A stretch of 64,000 nucleotides of DNA, taken from Oscillospiraceae bacterium (GTDB lineage: Bacteria; Bacillota; Clostridia; Oscillospirales; UBA929). This document shows positions 14,859 through 23,260 of this stretch, in pieces. The stretch lies in NCBI GenBank assembly GCA_009782475.1, contig WRIZ01000004.1:3989-67988 (forward strand), given 5' to 3'. A program made the position numbers and the translations under genes. Each line of letters begins with the position of its first letter. Position 1 is the first letter of the stretch. A model generated the notes under the pieces. That model was not told the origin of the DNA. It searched no databases and worked only from the letters and a program-made list of their open reading frames with translations.

Positions 14859-15595
14859 CCATCCTTTGTTATGACGCAACATGGGAAGGGTTTTTAACGA
14901 CCGTTTTCGACGGATACGGCAAAGAAATCTCCATACGCCGGGAGGGAAGCGAGACAAGCCTCTTCCCAACCGAACGAATTCCCTCTGACCCCGTAAAAGC
15001 CGGGCGGGTAGAGAAGGGGATGGGCAAAATCGCGCCCGATTTTGCCGAAACGGCGTATATGGCGTGGCTTTCGGAGCTGAATGGCGTCGAAGACGACATC
15101 ATGAGGCTGCTGACGTTGGGATTTACATTAAAGCGCGACCCGCGCTGTGATATGAGCAACCCGGTTGTCACTGCCGTTAACAAGGCGAGCAAGCAAACCG
15201 GCTGGGAGCGGCAGCGTATGCTTCAATTCGTACGCTTCACTCAAACGCCGGAAGGCATCTATGTCGCCGACATCGAACCCAACAGCAATGTCTTGGCCTT
15301 GATCGCCGGACATTTTCACGGCCGTTTCAATGACCAACGCTTACTCATCCGTGACTTACGGCGGCGGCTGGTTTTGGTTTCGCAGCAGAGCGGCTGGTTT
15401 ATTAGAGAACTGGAGTTAAGCGAGGAAATCCCCCCCCTGCCGAAAGACGGAGCCTTTGAAGACCTGTGGCGCGGCTATTTCCACACCATATCCAATCCGG
15501 CGCGGCAAAACCTCAAACTCCAGCAGAAATTTATCCCGTTACGGTACAGGGAACACCTTACCGAATTCAAGAGCGGCACAGCCCGTCAGGACTAG
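14855..15595 (+). CDS. DUF4130-domain probable DNA metabolism protein (partner of the radical SAM protein)
   Basis: 4-nt overlap with the radical SAM gene. The N-terminus CYDATWEGFLTTVFDGY and the 246-aa size fit the family as I remember it. Confidence 0.78.
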   Translation: MTILCYDATWEGFLTTVFDGYGKEISIRREGSETSLFPTERIPSDPVKAGRVEKGMGKIAPDFAETAYMAWLSELNGVEDDIMRLLTLGFTLKRDPRCDMSNPVVTAVNKASKQTGWERQRMLQFVRFTQTPEGIYVADIEPNSNVLALIAGHFHGRFNDQRLLIRDLRRRLVLVSQQSGWFIRELELSEEIPPLPKDGAFEDLWRGYFHTISNPARQNLKLQQKFIPLRYREHLTEFKSGTARQD

Positions 15596-15614
15596 GAAAT
15601 TCATTTTCCTAGTC
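15589..15614 (+). terminator. perfect 11-bp hairpin overlapping the stop codon (no U-tract)
   Basis: GGACTAGGAAA-ttca-TTTCCTAGTCC, flanked on both sides by GTCAGG. Confidence 0.35.
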
Positions 15615-15636
15615 CGTCAGGCGGGCGTCGTGACGC

Positions 15637-15665
15637 TTGACGCTGGTTGATTATTATGGTACAAT
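15637..15665 (+). promoter_or_regulatory. promoter (TTGACG-17 nt-TGgTACAAT) only 6 nt from the ATG of the next gene
   Basis: TTGACG at 15637-15642 and the extended -10 element TGGTACAAT at 15657-15665. The ATG is at 15672. Confidence 0.5.
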
Positions 15666-15671
15666 ACCCCT

Positions 15672-16499
15672 ATGGAACAAATCACAATGACCATGGAGGA
15701 ATTGGACAGGCTGCTCGCTTTGGAAGACGGCGACGCGGCCTTGGTTTTTCTATGCGGGAAACGGGGCAGAGAGCCGCAAATCGGCGAAACACGGATGGCG
15801 CAAGCGCGAAAAAAACTGGGCAGCGCGGGGATGCTCCCGTCGTCGTTTATAGAACGCCCCTCCTACAGCGCGGGTGAGATCGCGCAAAGCAAGCTGACCG
15901 ACCCCGGCTTCCGCGCCGTGGTGGATGAAGCGGAACGGCTGATGGGCAAGGCTCTGTCGCCGTCCGACCTGCAAACCCTCCATTCTATAAGGCATTGGCG
16001 CGGTCTGCCGTCCGGCGTTTTGCTGATGCTTCTGCATTACTGCGCGGGGGAGAAGAAATACATCACGTCGATGAAGCAAGTGGATAAAGAAGCGGGTTTT
16101 TGGGAGAAGGAAGGCATTGACGGCGAAGCGGAAGCGGAGCGATTCATAACGCGGAAGGAAGCGTCGAGGGAAGCGACGGCGAAGATTTATAAGCGTATCG
16201 GTATTTTCGGCAGAGAACCGGGCGCGACCGAAAAGCGGTATGTCGCCTCTTGGGTCGAAATGGGGTTTTCCCCCGAAGCCATTGCCATCGCTTACGATAA
16301 AACAACCCAAAATGCCGGATGGCCGGCATGGGCATACTGCGATAAAATCATACGCCGCTGGCATGAAAACGGCTGGCATACGCCGGAACAGATCGAGCGC
16401 AATGATAAAAAAACACCCGCTGTGCAGCGAAATGAAGCGGCGGGCAGTTATGAGCGCAACAAAGAAGCACTCCGGCGCGTGAAGGGGGAAGGCCGATGA
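15672..16499 (+). CDS. DnaD-domain replication initiation / helicase-loading protein
   Basis: Two DnaD-like repeats (LSPSDLQTLHSIRHWRGLPSGVLLMLLHYC and RYVASWVEMGFSPEAIAIAYDKT...YCDKIIRRWHENGWHTPEQIE). Followed by a DnaI-like ATPase gene with a 4-nt overlap. Confidence 0.8.
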   Translation: MEQITMTMEELDRLLALEDGDAALVFLCGKRGREPQIGETRMAQARKKLGSAGMLPSSFIERPSYSAGEIAQSKLTDPGFRAVVDEAERLMGKALSPSDLQTLHSIRHWRGLPSGVLLMLLHYCAGEKKYITSMKQVDKEAGFWEKEGIDGEAEAERFITRKEASREATAKIYKRIGIFGREPGATEKRYVASWVEMGFSPEAIAIAYDKTTQNAGWPAWAYCDKIIRRWHENGWHTPEQIERNDKKTPAVQRNEAAGSYERNKEALRRVKGEGR

Positions 16500-17464
16500 C
16501 CGCAGACCCCCGCCTTTTGTCAAAAGCCCGGCGCGGGCTGGAACAGGACGCCGCGGCGCATAGAAAACGCCGCGCTCTTTGGCGCGAACAGCTTTATGCC
16601 GACGAACCGCGTTTGCTGAAGCTGGATAAAGCCATCAAACAGGTTTTTCTCGACGCTATTGTAAACCCGTCGCCCGGCGCGATGGACGAGGCCGCTGTCC
16701 GAAGCCTCGCGTTGCAGCGGGAACGAGCTGAATTATTGGAGAAGATGGGCGTCTCCGCCGGTTCGCTGGAAGAAACGCCGTTTTGCCCCGATTGCCATGA
16801 CTCCGGCTTCATCGGAAAAGAGCTGTGCGGATGCCTGCTGGAACGCTACCGCGCCCTCCAGTCGGCCGAACTCTCCAGCATCCTTGACTTGCAAGGTCAA
16901 TCGTTTGACAGCTTCAACGCCGAGCTCTTCTCGGCGGTCAAAAACCCGCTGACCAACAGTTCCCCCCGCGAAAACATCGAGGTGATCTGCGAACTGTGCT
17001 TCAATTTTTGCCGCAGGTTCGGCAAAGATTCAGCCAATCTCCTCTTCTCCGGCGCGCCCGGAACAGGGAAAACATTCCTCTCGGCCTGTGTGGCCGGGGC
17101 GGTGGCCGCCAATGAGTTCTCGGTGGTATACGACACCGCCGTGCGGCAGCTGGCGCAGATGGAAGCGTTGCAGTTCGGCCGGGGCGGCGAGGATACCGAA
17201 GCGGCGGTACAGCGGCTGCGCGGGTGCGACCTTCTTATTATAGACGATTTAGGGGTCGAGTTCTTAACGCCTTACACGCAAACGGCGCTGTGGGATTTGA
17301 TCAATACAAGGCTGCTCTCCAATAAAAAAATGCTGATCAGCACCAACCTGAGCCGCGACGGATTGCGAAGCCGTTACTCTCCCGCGCTGGACAGCCGTTT
17401 GCAGGGTGAGTTTCTATGGCTGGATTTCTTCGGGGAAGACTTGCGGCAGCGGGTAAGATCATAA
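16496..17464 (+). CDS. DnaI/DnaC-type helicase loader ATPase
   Basis: Zn-ribbon-like CPDCHDSGFIGKELCGC. Walker A GAPGTGKTFL. Walker B LLIIDDLG. Confidence 0.85.
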   Translation: MTADPRLLSKARRGLEQDAAAHRKRRALWREQLYADEPRLLKLDKAIKQVFLDAIVNPSPGAMDEAAVRSLALQRERAELLEKMGVSAGSLEETPFCPDCHDSGFIGKELCGCLLERYRALQSAELSSILDLQGQSFDSFNAELFSAVKNPLTNSSPRENIEVICELCFNFCRRFGKDSANLLFSGAPGTGKTFLSACVAGAVAANEFSVVYDTAVRQLAQMEALQFGRGGEDTEAAVQRLRGCDLLIIDDLGVEFLTPYTQTALWDLINTRLLSNKKMLISTNLSRDGLRSRYSPALDSRLQGEFLWLDFFGEDLRQRVRS

Positions 17465-17465
17465 G

Positions 17466-17496
17466 AAAAACCGGGAGCGTTGGCTCCCGGTTTATT
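17466..17496. terminator. bidirectional intrinsic terminator
   Basis: AAAAA-CCGGGAG-cgttgg-CTCCCGG-TTTATT, lying between convergent genes. Confidence 0.65.
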
Positions 17497-17510
17497 CGTT
17501 ACTTAGTGCA

Positions 17511-17975
17511 CTAATGATCGCTCAAAACCCTCTCCAAATGGATGATCAGCTTGTTGCCGTGGTCGGTGCGGGCGATGCTCTTGATGTAGCGGTTGGGGGT
17601 GCCCGTCTTGATACCGGCCGGATCGCCGATCTGGGAATCCTCGATGGTCAACACGTCGCGGATGGTATCGATGATCAGGCCGATGGTGTTATCGTCCTGC
17701 GATACAACAATGATGCTCGTCCGTTCGTCGTATTCCCTCGGGGGTTTGTTGAAGCGAAGCCGCACATCCATGACCGGCGTGATCTTGCCGCGCAGGTTGA
17801 TGAGACCCTTAATATAGTGGGGAACGTCGGGAACCTCCGTGATAGGCGAGACTTGAATGATTTCCATAACATAGTCGATTTCCATGCCGTATTCTTCGTC
17901 GCCCACGCTGAACGTGAGGTACATCCCCTGGGTTTCGCCGCTGGTGATCATTTCATTCAATTCATCCATGTTCAT
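17511..17975 (-). CDS. cheW: chemotaxis coupling protein CheW
   Basis: CheW-like domain (YLTFSVGDEEYGMEIDYVMEIIQ...GLINLRGKITPVMDVRLRF...IGLIIDTIRDVLTI). Confidence 0.92.
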   Translation of the reverse strand: MNMDELNEMITSGETQGMYLTFSVGDEEYGMEIDYVMEIIQVSPITEVPDVPHYIKGLINLRGKITPVMDVRLRFNKPPREYDERTSIIVVSQDDNTIGLIIDTIRDVLTIEDSQIGDPAGIKTGTPNRYIKSIARTDHGNKLIIHLERVLSDH

Positions 17976-17986
17976 CCCGTCCTTTC

Positions 17987-20125
17987 TTAGTGCGTCAGGC
18001 TTTTAACGTCAATGATGAGAGAAATGCTCCCGTCGCCCAGCAGGGTGCATCCGGCGATGCCGTAGATGTCGCCGATGCGTTCGGTGATGAAACTGGGGAT
18101 GGGTTTTACAACGGCCTGCTGTTCCCCAACCATGAGGTCGGCGAAGACACAGGTCATATAATCATCGTCTTCGATCATGATCATGATGCCGTCTTGGAAA
18201 TTGGTGACGTCGGTTTCGACATTGAACAGCTGGTGCAGGCGGACGATGGAGAAGCATTCGCCGCGGTACATGATCATCTCTTTGCCGTCCGGGTCGATGA
18301 CGATGTCGTCCATATTGGGTTTGAAGGCTTCGCGGATGTTCAATGTGGGGATGAGATAGTTGTTTTTCCCGACGCTGATCTCGATCGAAGCGAGGATGGC
18401 CAGCGTCAGCGGGATGCGGATATTGACCGTCATGCCCTGACCGGGGGTGGAGTCGAGGTCTACCGTTCCGCCGACTTTTTCAATGTTTTTCTTGACAACA
18501 TCCATGCCCACACCGCGCCCTGAAAGCTCGGTGACGGTGTCGTTGGTCGAGAAGCCCGCGTTCATAATGAATTGGTAAATATCTTTGTCGGTATACTCGT
18601 TGTCAGGACGGGTCATCAAACCGACCGCTTTCGCTTTGTCAACGATCTTGTCGCGGTTGAGGCCGCGCCCGTCGTCGGTGCAGGAGATGATGACGTCGCT
18701 TCCTGAGTTGCGCGCTTCCAAAACGATGCGTCCGACAGGGTTTTTCCCGGAATTGATGCGTTCTTCGCGGTTGTCTTCAAGGCCGTGATCCATTGAGTTG
18801 CGGATAATGTGCATGAGCGGGTCGGAGAGGTTGTCGATGATGTTTTTGTCCACTTCGGTTTCTTCGCCCAAAATGATCAATTCAGCCTCTTTGCCCAGCT
18901 TTTTGCTGGTATCGCGCACAATGCGGGACATTTTGTGGAAGGTGGAAGAGATGGGCAGCATACGCACCGACATGATGATGCCCTGCAGCTCCCCGGTGTT
19001 TTTTAGAAGCTGCGCCGATGCTTTTTCAAAATTATCAAGCTGAAGCCCGGTCAAATCTGTGTTGTTGACAACCATGGAAACAGAAATCACGATCTCACCC
19101 ATCAAGTCCATCAGCTTATCCAGCTTTTCTACGTTGACGCTGATGAAGTTTTGCTTGATTTCACTGACAGGGGAAACCGGTATTTCGTCAGCCGCGGTAC
19201 GTTTCGGCGCGGGTGCGGAAACCGGCTCGGCTCCGCCGGCCGGCATTGCGGCCGCGGGGATGGGACTTACTTGCATGGGCGGCACCTCCATTTTTGGGAT
19301 TGGCGGCGGTTCGGAAACAACGGGGGGTTCTGCCAAAACAGCAGGAGCGGGTGCGGGAGCGGAAACCTTCCCGGCGTCGCCGGAAAGCTCAAAATGTTTG
19401 ATAAACAATGCTTCGGAAATGATCGATCGGATCACGTCGATCGGCGTATCGCTGTACATCGTGATGGTGACGCCGTTGGCGACGATTTCGTCGGCGCAGT
19501 CATCCAGCAGATCGGCCGGGACGGTTTCAATCGTTTCGGCATAGTCTGCCAAAGTGTTGGCGATTTGATAGGCGCGGATGTTTTCCATCTTGCAGCCATC
19601 ATCAAAGATGATGGTGCAGTGATAACAGTTGAGCCCGTTGGAAGAGGCGGCCGGGCTTTCAGCGGTTTCCGGCGCGGGTGGGGGTGAGGCCTCGGCTGCC
19701 GGGGCGGGGGTTCCGCCTTTGTTGGTCAGCGTTGCCATAAATGCCTCAATCCGGGTCAAATGAGCCGTTGTGTCGCCGTCGGAAGGTCCGCCCGCCTGTA
19801 TCTTGGCGACTTCCTGCTTGAAGAAATCGACCGCGTTGAGGCAGATGTCGGCAATCTCGTCGGAATTGAGGGTGGTGGGGTGATGCTCGCGGATATAGAA
19901 AAACATATCCTCGATGTGGTGACCCAGCGTCGCAATGGGTTCGTATTCCATCATGGCCGAAGAGCCTTTGATGGTGTGCATGATGCGGAAGATTTCATTC
20001 ACATGCTCTTCTGTAAAGCCGCCTAAATTTTCGCATTCGATCAGAATCTCTTCTAAGCGTTCTGTGAGCTGGACATTCTCATAAATGAACATATCCAGCA
20101 TGGGGTCGTTGGCCATAGGGTACAC
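17987..20125 (-). CDS. cheA: chemotaxis histidine kinase CheA
   Basis: Hpt domain (FRIMHTIKGSSAMM), N box (DPLMHIIRNSMDHG), G boxes (DDGRGLN, SGRGVGMDVV), and a C-terminal CheW-like domain. Confidence 0.95.
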   Translation of the reverse strand: MYPMANDPMLDMFIYENVQLTERLEEILIECENLGGFTEEHVNEIFRIMHTIKGSSAMMEYEPIATLGHHIEDMFFYIREHHPTTLNSDEIADICLNAVDFFKQEVAKIQAGGPSDGDTTAHLTRIEAFMATLTNKGGTPAPAAEASPPPAPETAESPAASSNGLNCYHCTIIFDDGCKMENIRAYQIANTLADYAETIETVPADLLDDCADEIVANGVTITMYSDTPIDVIRSIISEALFIKHFELSGDAGKVSAPAPAPAVLAEPPVVSEPPPIPKMEVPPMQVSPIPAAAMPAGGAEPVSAPAPKRTAADEIPVSPVSEIKQNFISVNVEKLDKLMDLMGEIVISVSMVVNNTDLTGLQLDNFEKASAQLLKNTGELQGIIMSVRMLPISSTFHKMSRIVRDTSKKLGKEAELIILGEETEVDKNIIDNLSDPLMHIIRNSMDHGLEDNREERINSGKNPVGRIVLEARNSGSDVIISCTDDGRGLNRDKIVDKAKAVGLMTRPDNEYTDKDIYQFIMNAGFSTNDTVTELSGRGVGMDVVKKNIEKVGGTVDLDSTPGQGMTVNIRIPLTLAILASIEISVGKNNYLIPTLNIREAFKPNMDDIVIDPDGKEMIMYRGECFSIVRLHQLFNVETDVTNFQDGIMIMIEDDDYMTCVFADLMVGEQQAVVKPIPSFITERIGDIYGIAGCTLLGDGSISLIIDVKSLTH

Positions 20126-20177
20126 ACCGCCTTACTAAAGTTTATAACGAACAATCAGCCGTACATGAAAGAGGCAG

Positions 20178-21332
20178 CTAATTGGTTTGTTCTTCCAAAT
20201 AAAGGGCAATCAGCATGTCGGCCACCCGGCCGTAACTGCGGATGCCTTCTTCCTGCCCCATCGATTGCAGGTAAGCGTCGTTAACATTCTGCGCCGCTTC
20301 CCGCAGCGGCCCGTCGTATTGATCCCATTCCACACGGTCGCGGCTGAAATCATCCAGTACATCCGCCGTTCCCTCGTTGAGACGTCTCCAAAGAACGGTT
20401 TTGTTGGCGGGATCGGTCACGGCACTATAGCAGTAGGTATATGCCATCAGCGCGCCCGAGTAGCGGAAAATGGGTTCCTCACTCTCCATACAAGCCAAGT
20501 AAGCAATCAGGTTGGCGTCCTCTTCGGGCGCGAAACCCAGCCTGTGCGCCAATTCGTGGCACATCGTGGAGGGGAGGAAAGGGTCTGTGCTTACGGTATT
20601 GACGACCGATTCTCCGGTGAAGGGGACATAGATTCCGCCGATGCCGAGCATCCCGAGCAATTTATAGGATGCCGCCCGTTTGGGTGGGGTTACGATCGCG
20701 CTTCCGAATAAGTCAGGGGCTTTTGCCATCAATGCTTTGACCGAATTTGCCGCTTCGGGAGCCAACGCGTCAAACCCGCCCGCGCTAACCGCGCCTGTTG
20801 CGTCTCGCGGAACCAGCGACGAATAAACCAGCACATCTTCAAGATGCCGCATCGCCGCTGCAACGAGGATGCTTTCATCCTGCGGCACTGTGTGCAGTTC
20901 CAGCCGTTTTTCCAGCTTGGGGATGTGGTAACAGCCGCCCCATAACAGGATGAAAAGGAAGTAGACGGACGCAACCGCAAGGAAGAAGCCGCTCAGCCAC
21001 ATCAACAGAGGCCAGCCCGAACGCTCGCGCGCCGCGCGTACAATAGAACGAACAAGGAAGAATAACCCGGCGGCAGCGGCCATAACAAGAAGGACTTCCG
21101 CGACAGCGTACGTTGAAAAGGAAAAGAGGAATCCCAGCAATCCGGCGGCGCGCCGGGAAAACGGGAGGTACACATGCAGGGCAAAGGTTTCGCTGTTCCG
21201 CACCGCCGCCGTCAGCAGGATTGCCAAAACCGGAAGCAAGATCGTTGCGGCGGTATTGCGGAGGAGATGGCCGCGCCGTGTAGGCAGCATTTTGGGAACC
21301 ATCCTATCGAGCGTTCGATTGATTTGAACCAA
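20178..21332 (-). CDS. DUF3810-domain membrane protein (putative Zn-metallopeptidase-like)
   Basis: N-terminal TM segments and the motif CHELAHRLGFAPEEDANLIAYLAC. Confidence 0.78.
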   Translation of the reverse strand: MVQINRTLDRMVPKMLPTRRGHLLRNTAATILLPVLAILLTAAVRNSETFALHVYLPFSRRAAGLLGFLFSFSTYAVAEVLLVMAAAAGLFFLVRSIVRAARERSGWPLLMWLSGFFLAVASVYFLFILLWGGCYHIPKLEKRLELHTVPQDESILVAAAMRHLEDVLVYSSLVPRDATGAVSAGGFDALAPEAANSVKALMAKAPDLFGSAIVTPPKRAASYKLLGMLGIGGIYVPFTGESVVNTVSTDPFLPSTMCHELAHRLGFAPEEDANLIAYLACMESEEPIFRYSGALMAYTYCYSAVTDPANKTVLWRRLNEGTADVLDDFSRDRVEWDQYDGPLREAAQNVNDAYLQSMGQEEGIRSYGRVADMLIALYLEEQTN

Positions 21333-21548
21333 TTATACCACATCAAATCCTCAAAATCAAGCTATTTTTTATGGGTGCCGCATGAATCGGGCGGAACACA
21401 ACGGAATAAAGGGATATGTAGGTTCTCAAATATGAAAAACCGCCATGCAAACAATGTTCGCAATAATGAGAAAACCATATATACTCAAAGACAATATGCG
21501 GGAAAATGGATAGGGGAAGGAAGAGAACAACTTTTTTCAAAATAAGGC

Positions 21549-21576
21549 TTGCAATTTAACAAAGATGTGATATAAT
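21549..21576 (+). promoter_or_regulatory. nusA operon promoter candidate (TTGCAA-16 nt-TGaTATAAT)
   Basis: TTGCAA at 21549-21554 and the extended -10 element TGATATAAT at 21568-21576. Confidence 0.5.
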
Positions 21577-21599
21577 GCTTTGTGTAGTGTAGTTAAGAG

Positions 21600-21629
21600 G
21601 AGAGTGGGGTTGCCCCGCTCTCTATTTTT
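21600..21629 (+). terminator. terminator-like leader hairpin (attenuator) immediately before the nusA SD
   Basis: GAGAGTGGGG-ttg-CCCCGCTCTC (about 10-11 bp) followed by TATTTTTA. The AGGAGG SD starts at 21631. Confidence 0.5.
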
Positions 21630-21643
21630 AAGGAGGCCCCGGT

Positions 21644-22702
21644 ATGAACCCCGAGATATTTGACGCCATCGCGCAAATTGAAAAAGAGAAGGGTATCCCA
21701 GGCGATTATATGAAGGAAAAGATCGTCCAGGCTCTGACGACGGCTTACCGCAAAGACAATGCCGGGGTTACCGAGAATATCTTCGTGGAACTGGACGAGG
21801 AGAAAAAAGAGATCCGTATGTATCTGCAAAAGGTCGTTGTAGAGGATGTGGAAAACCCGACCTTTGAGATGACGGTGGAAAAAGCGAGGGAGTATTCTCC
21901 GGGGGCCGACGTCGGCGACGCCGTGAATATCGAGATACCGACGAAGGATTTCGGGCGTATCGCGGCGCAGACGGCCAAACAGGTCATTATCCAAGGCATA
22001 CGGGAAGCCGAACGTGGCATGATATATGAAGAGTATTCGTCAAGGGAGCACGAAGTCCTCACGGCGCAGGTCATCCGCCCCGACCCGCGAAGCGGCGGCG
22101 TTGTGGTGGAAATCACCAGCAAAGGCGAAACCGTTGAAGCGGTGCTGCCGCCGGGGGAACAGATCAGAGACGAAATGCTCAACACCGGCGACCGGGTCAA
22201 AGTCTATGTCATTGAAGTACGGCGCACCAACCGGGGGCCGCAGATGCTCCTCTCCCGTACCCACCCCGGGCTGGTTCGGCGGCTCTTTGAATTGGAAGTG
22301 CCGGAAGTTGGGGACGAAACGGTTGAGATACGCTCGATTGCCCGAGAAGCCGGACAGCGGACAAAAATCGCCGTCTGGTCAAACGACGAAGGCGTAGACC
22401 CCATCGGAGCCTGTATCGGCGTGCGGAGAGGCAGGATCAATGCCGTGACAAGCGAACTAGGCGGGGAGAAAATCGACGTCGTGCGCTTCTGTGAGGAGCC
22501 GGATGAGTTTATCGCCCAAGCGTTGGCCCCCGCGGCGGTGCTGCGTGTCGATCTGATCGACGCCAAGAGCTGCCGTGTGGTGGTGCCGGACGACCAGCTG
22601 TCGCTGGCCATCGGCAAGGAGGGGCAGAACGCCCGCCTGGCCGCCAAACTGACAGGGTATAAGATCGACATCAAACCGGAGTCGAGGGCGGATGCCGTTT
22701 GA
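21644..22702 (+). CDS. nusA: transcription termination/antitermination factor NusA
   Basis: N-terminal domain, S1 and two KH domains ([61 protein letters not shown]). Confidence 0.95.
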   Translation: MNPEIFDAIAQIEKEKGIPGDYMKEKIVQALTTAYRKDNAGVTENIFVELDEEKKEIRMYLQKVVVEDVENPTFEMTVEKAREYSPGADVGDAVNIEIPTKDFGRIAAQTAKQVIIQGIREAERGMIYEEYSSREHEVLTAQVIRPDPRSGGVVVEITSKGETVEAVLPPGEQIRDEMLNTGDRVKVYVIEVRRTNRGPQMLLSRTHPGLVRRLFELEVPEVGDETVEIRSIAREAGQRTKIAVWSNDEGVDPIGACIGVRRGRINAVTSELGGEKIDVVRFCEEPDEFIAQALAPAAVLRVDLIDAKSCRVVVPDDQLSLAIGKEGQNARLAAKLTGYKIDIKPESRADAV

Positions 22703-22971
22703 AAGAGCGCAGAGAGGCTATAAGGCAGTGTATGGGCTGCCGGAACCATTTGCCCAAGCGGGAACTGCTGCGCGTCGTTCGGTCGCCTGAGGGGACTGTC
22801 GCGTTGGACACCAACGGCAAAGCGCAGGGGCGCGGCGTCTATCTCTGCCGGGACGCGGTTTGCTTCAAAAAGGTTCGGAAAAGCCGCGCGCTGGAGCGTT
22901 CGTTAAAATCCCCGGTGTCCGACGAGATTTTTAACACAATAGAGGAGCTGTTAACAGGCAATGGAACCTAA
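22699..22971 (+). CDS. ylxR: YlxR/RnpM-family RNA-binding protein (DUF448)
   Basis: CMGCRNHLPKRELLRVV...GRGVYLC motif. Located between nusA and infB. Confidence 0.85.
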   Translation: MKERREAIRQCMGCRNHLPKRELLRVVRSPEGTVALDTNGKAQGRGVYLCRDAVCFKKVRKSRALERSLKSPVSDEIFNTIEELLTGNGT

Positions 22972-23260
22972 GCCGCTGCGGCTGATTGGTTTGGCAAAGA
23001 AGGCAGGAATGCTGGTTTGCGGGACGGACGCCGTCATAATCGCCGCCGGACAAGCAAAGCTCCTTCTGCTATCGGCCGACGCCGGAAACTCGGCCAAGCG
23101 CGAAGCCGGGCGGCTGGGGAAACAGTTGGTCACGCTGCCGTATAATAAAGAGGAACTGGGGCGTGCCGCGGGGAAGAGATCATGCGCCATCGCGGCCGTC
23201 ACGGATGAAGATTTTGCACAGGGGATCGTTAAGGCCCTGCAAATGGAGGTTTATGGGTGA
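22961..23260 (+). CDS. ylxQ: L7Ae-family ribosomal-protein-like protein YlxQ
   Basis: [37 protein letters not shown]. Conserved position upstream of infB. Confidence 0.8.
   Translation: MEPKPLRLIGLAKKAGMLVCGTDAVIIAAGQAKLLLLSADAGNSAKREAGRLGKQLVTLPYNKEELGRAAGKRSCAIAAVTDEDFAQGIVKALQMEVYG

Noticed and set aside
21343-21540. A 65-aa minus-strand ORF, and the plus-strand ORF 21174..21545, in the spacer before nusA.
   Set aside because: The minus-strand ORF has a TTG start without an SD, an odd Cys/His/Phe-rich composition, and lies in a promoter-rich AT spacer. The plus-strand ORF overlaps the DUF3810 gene in antisense.
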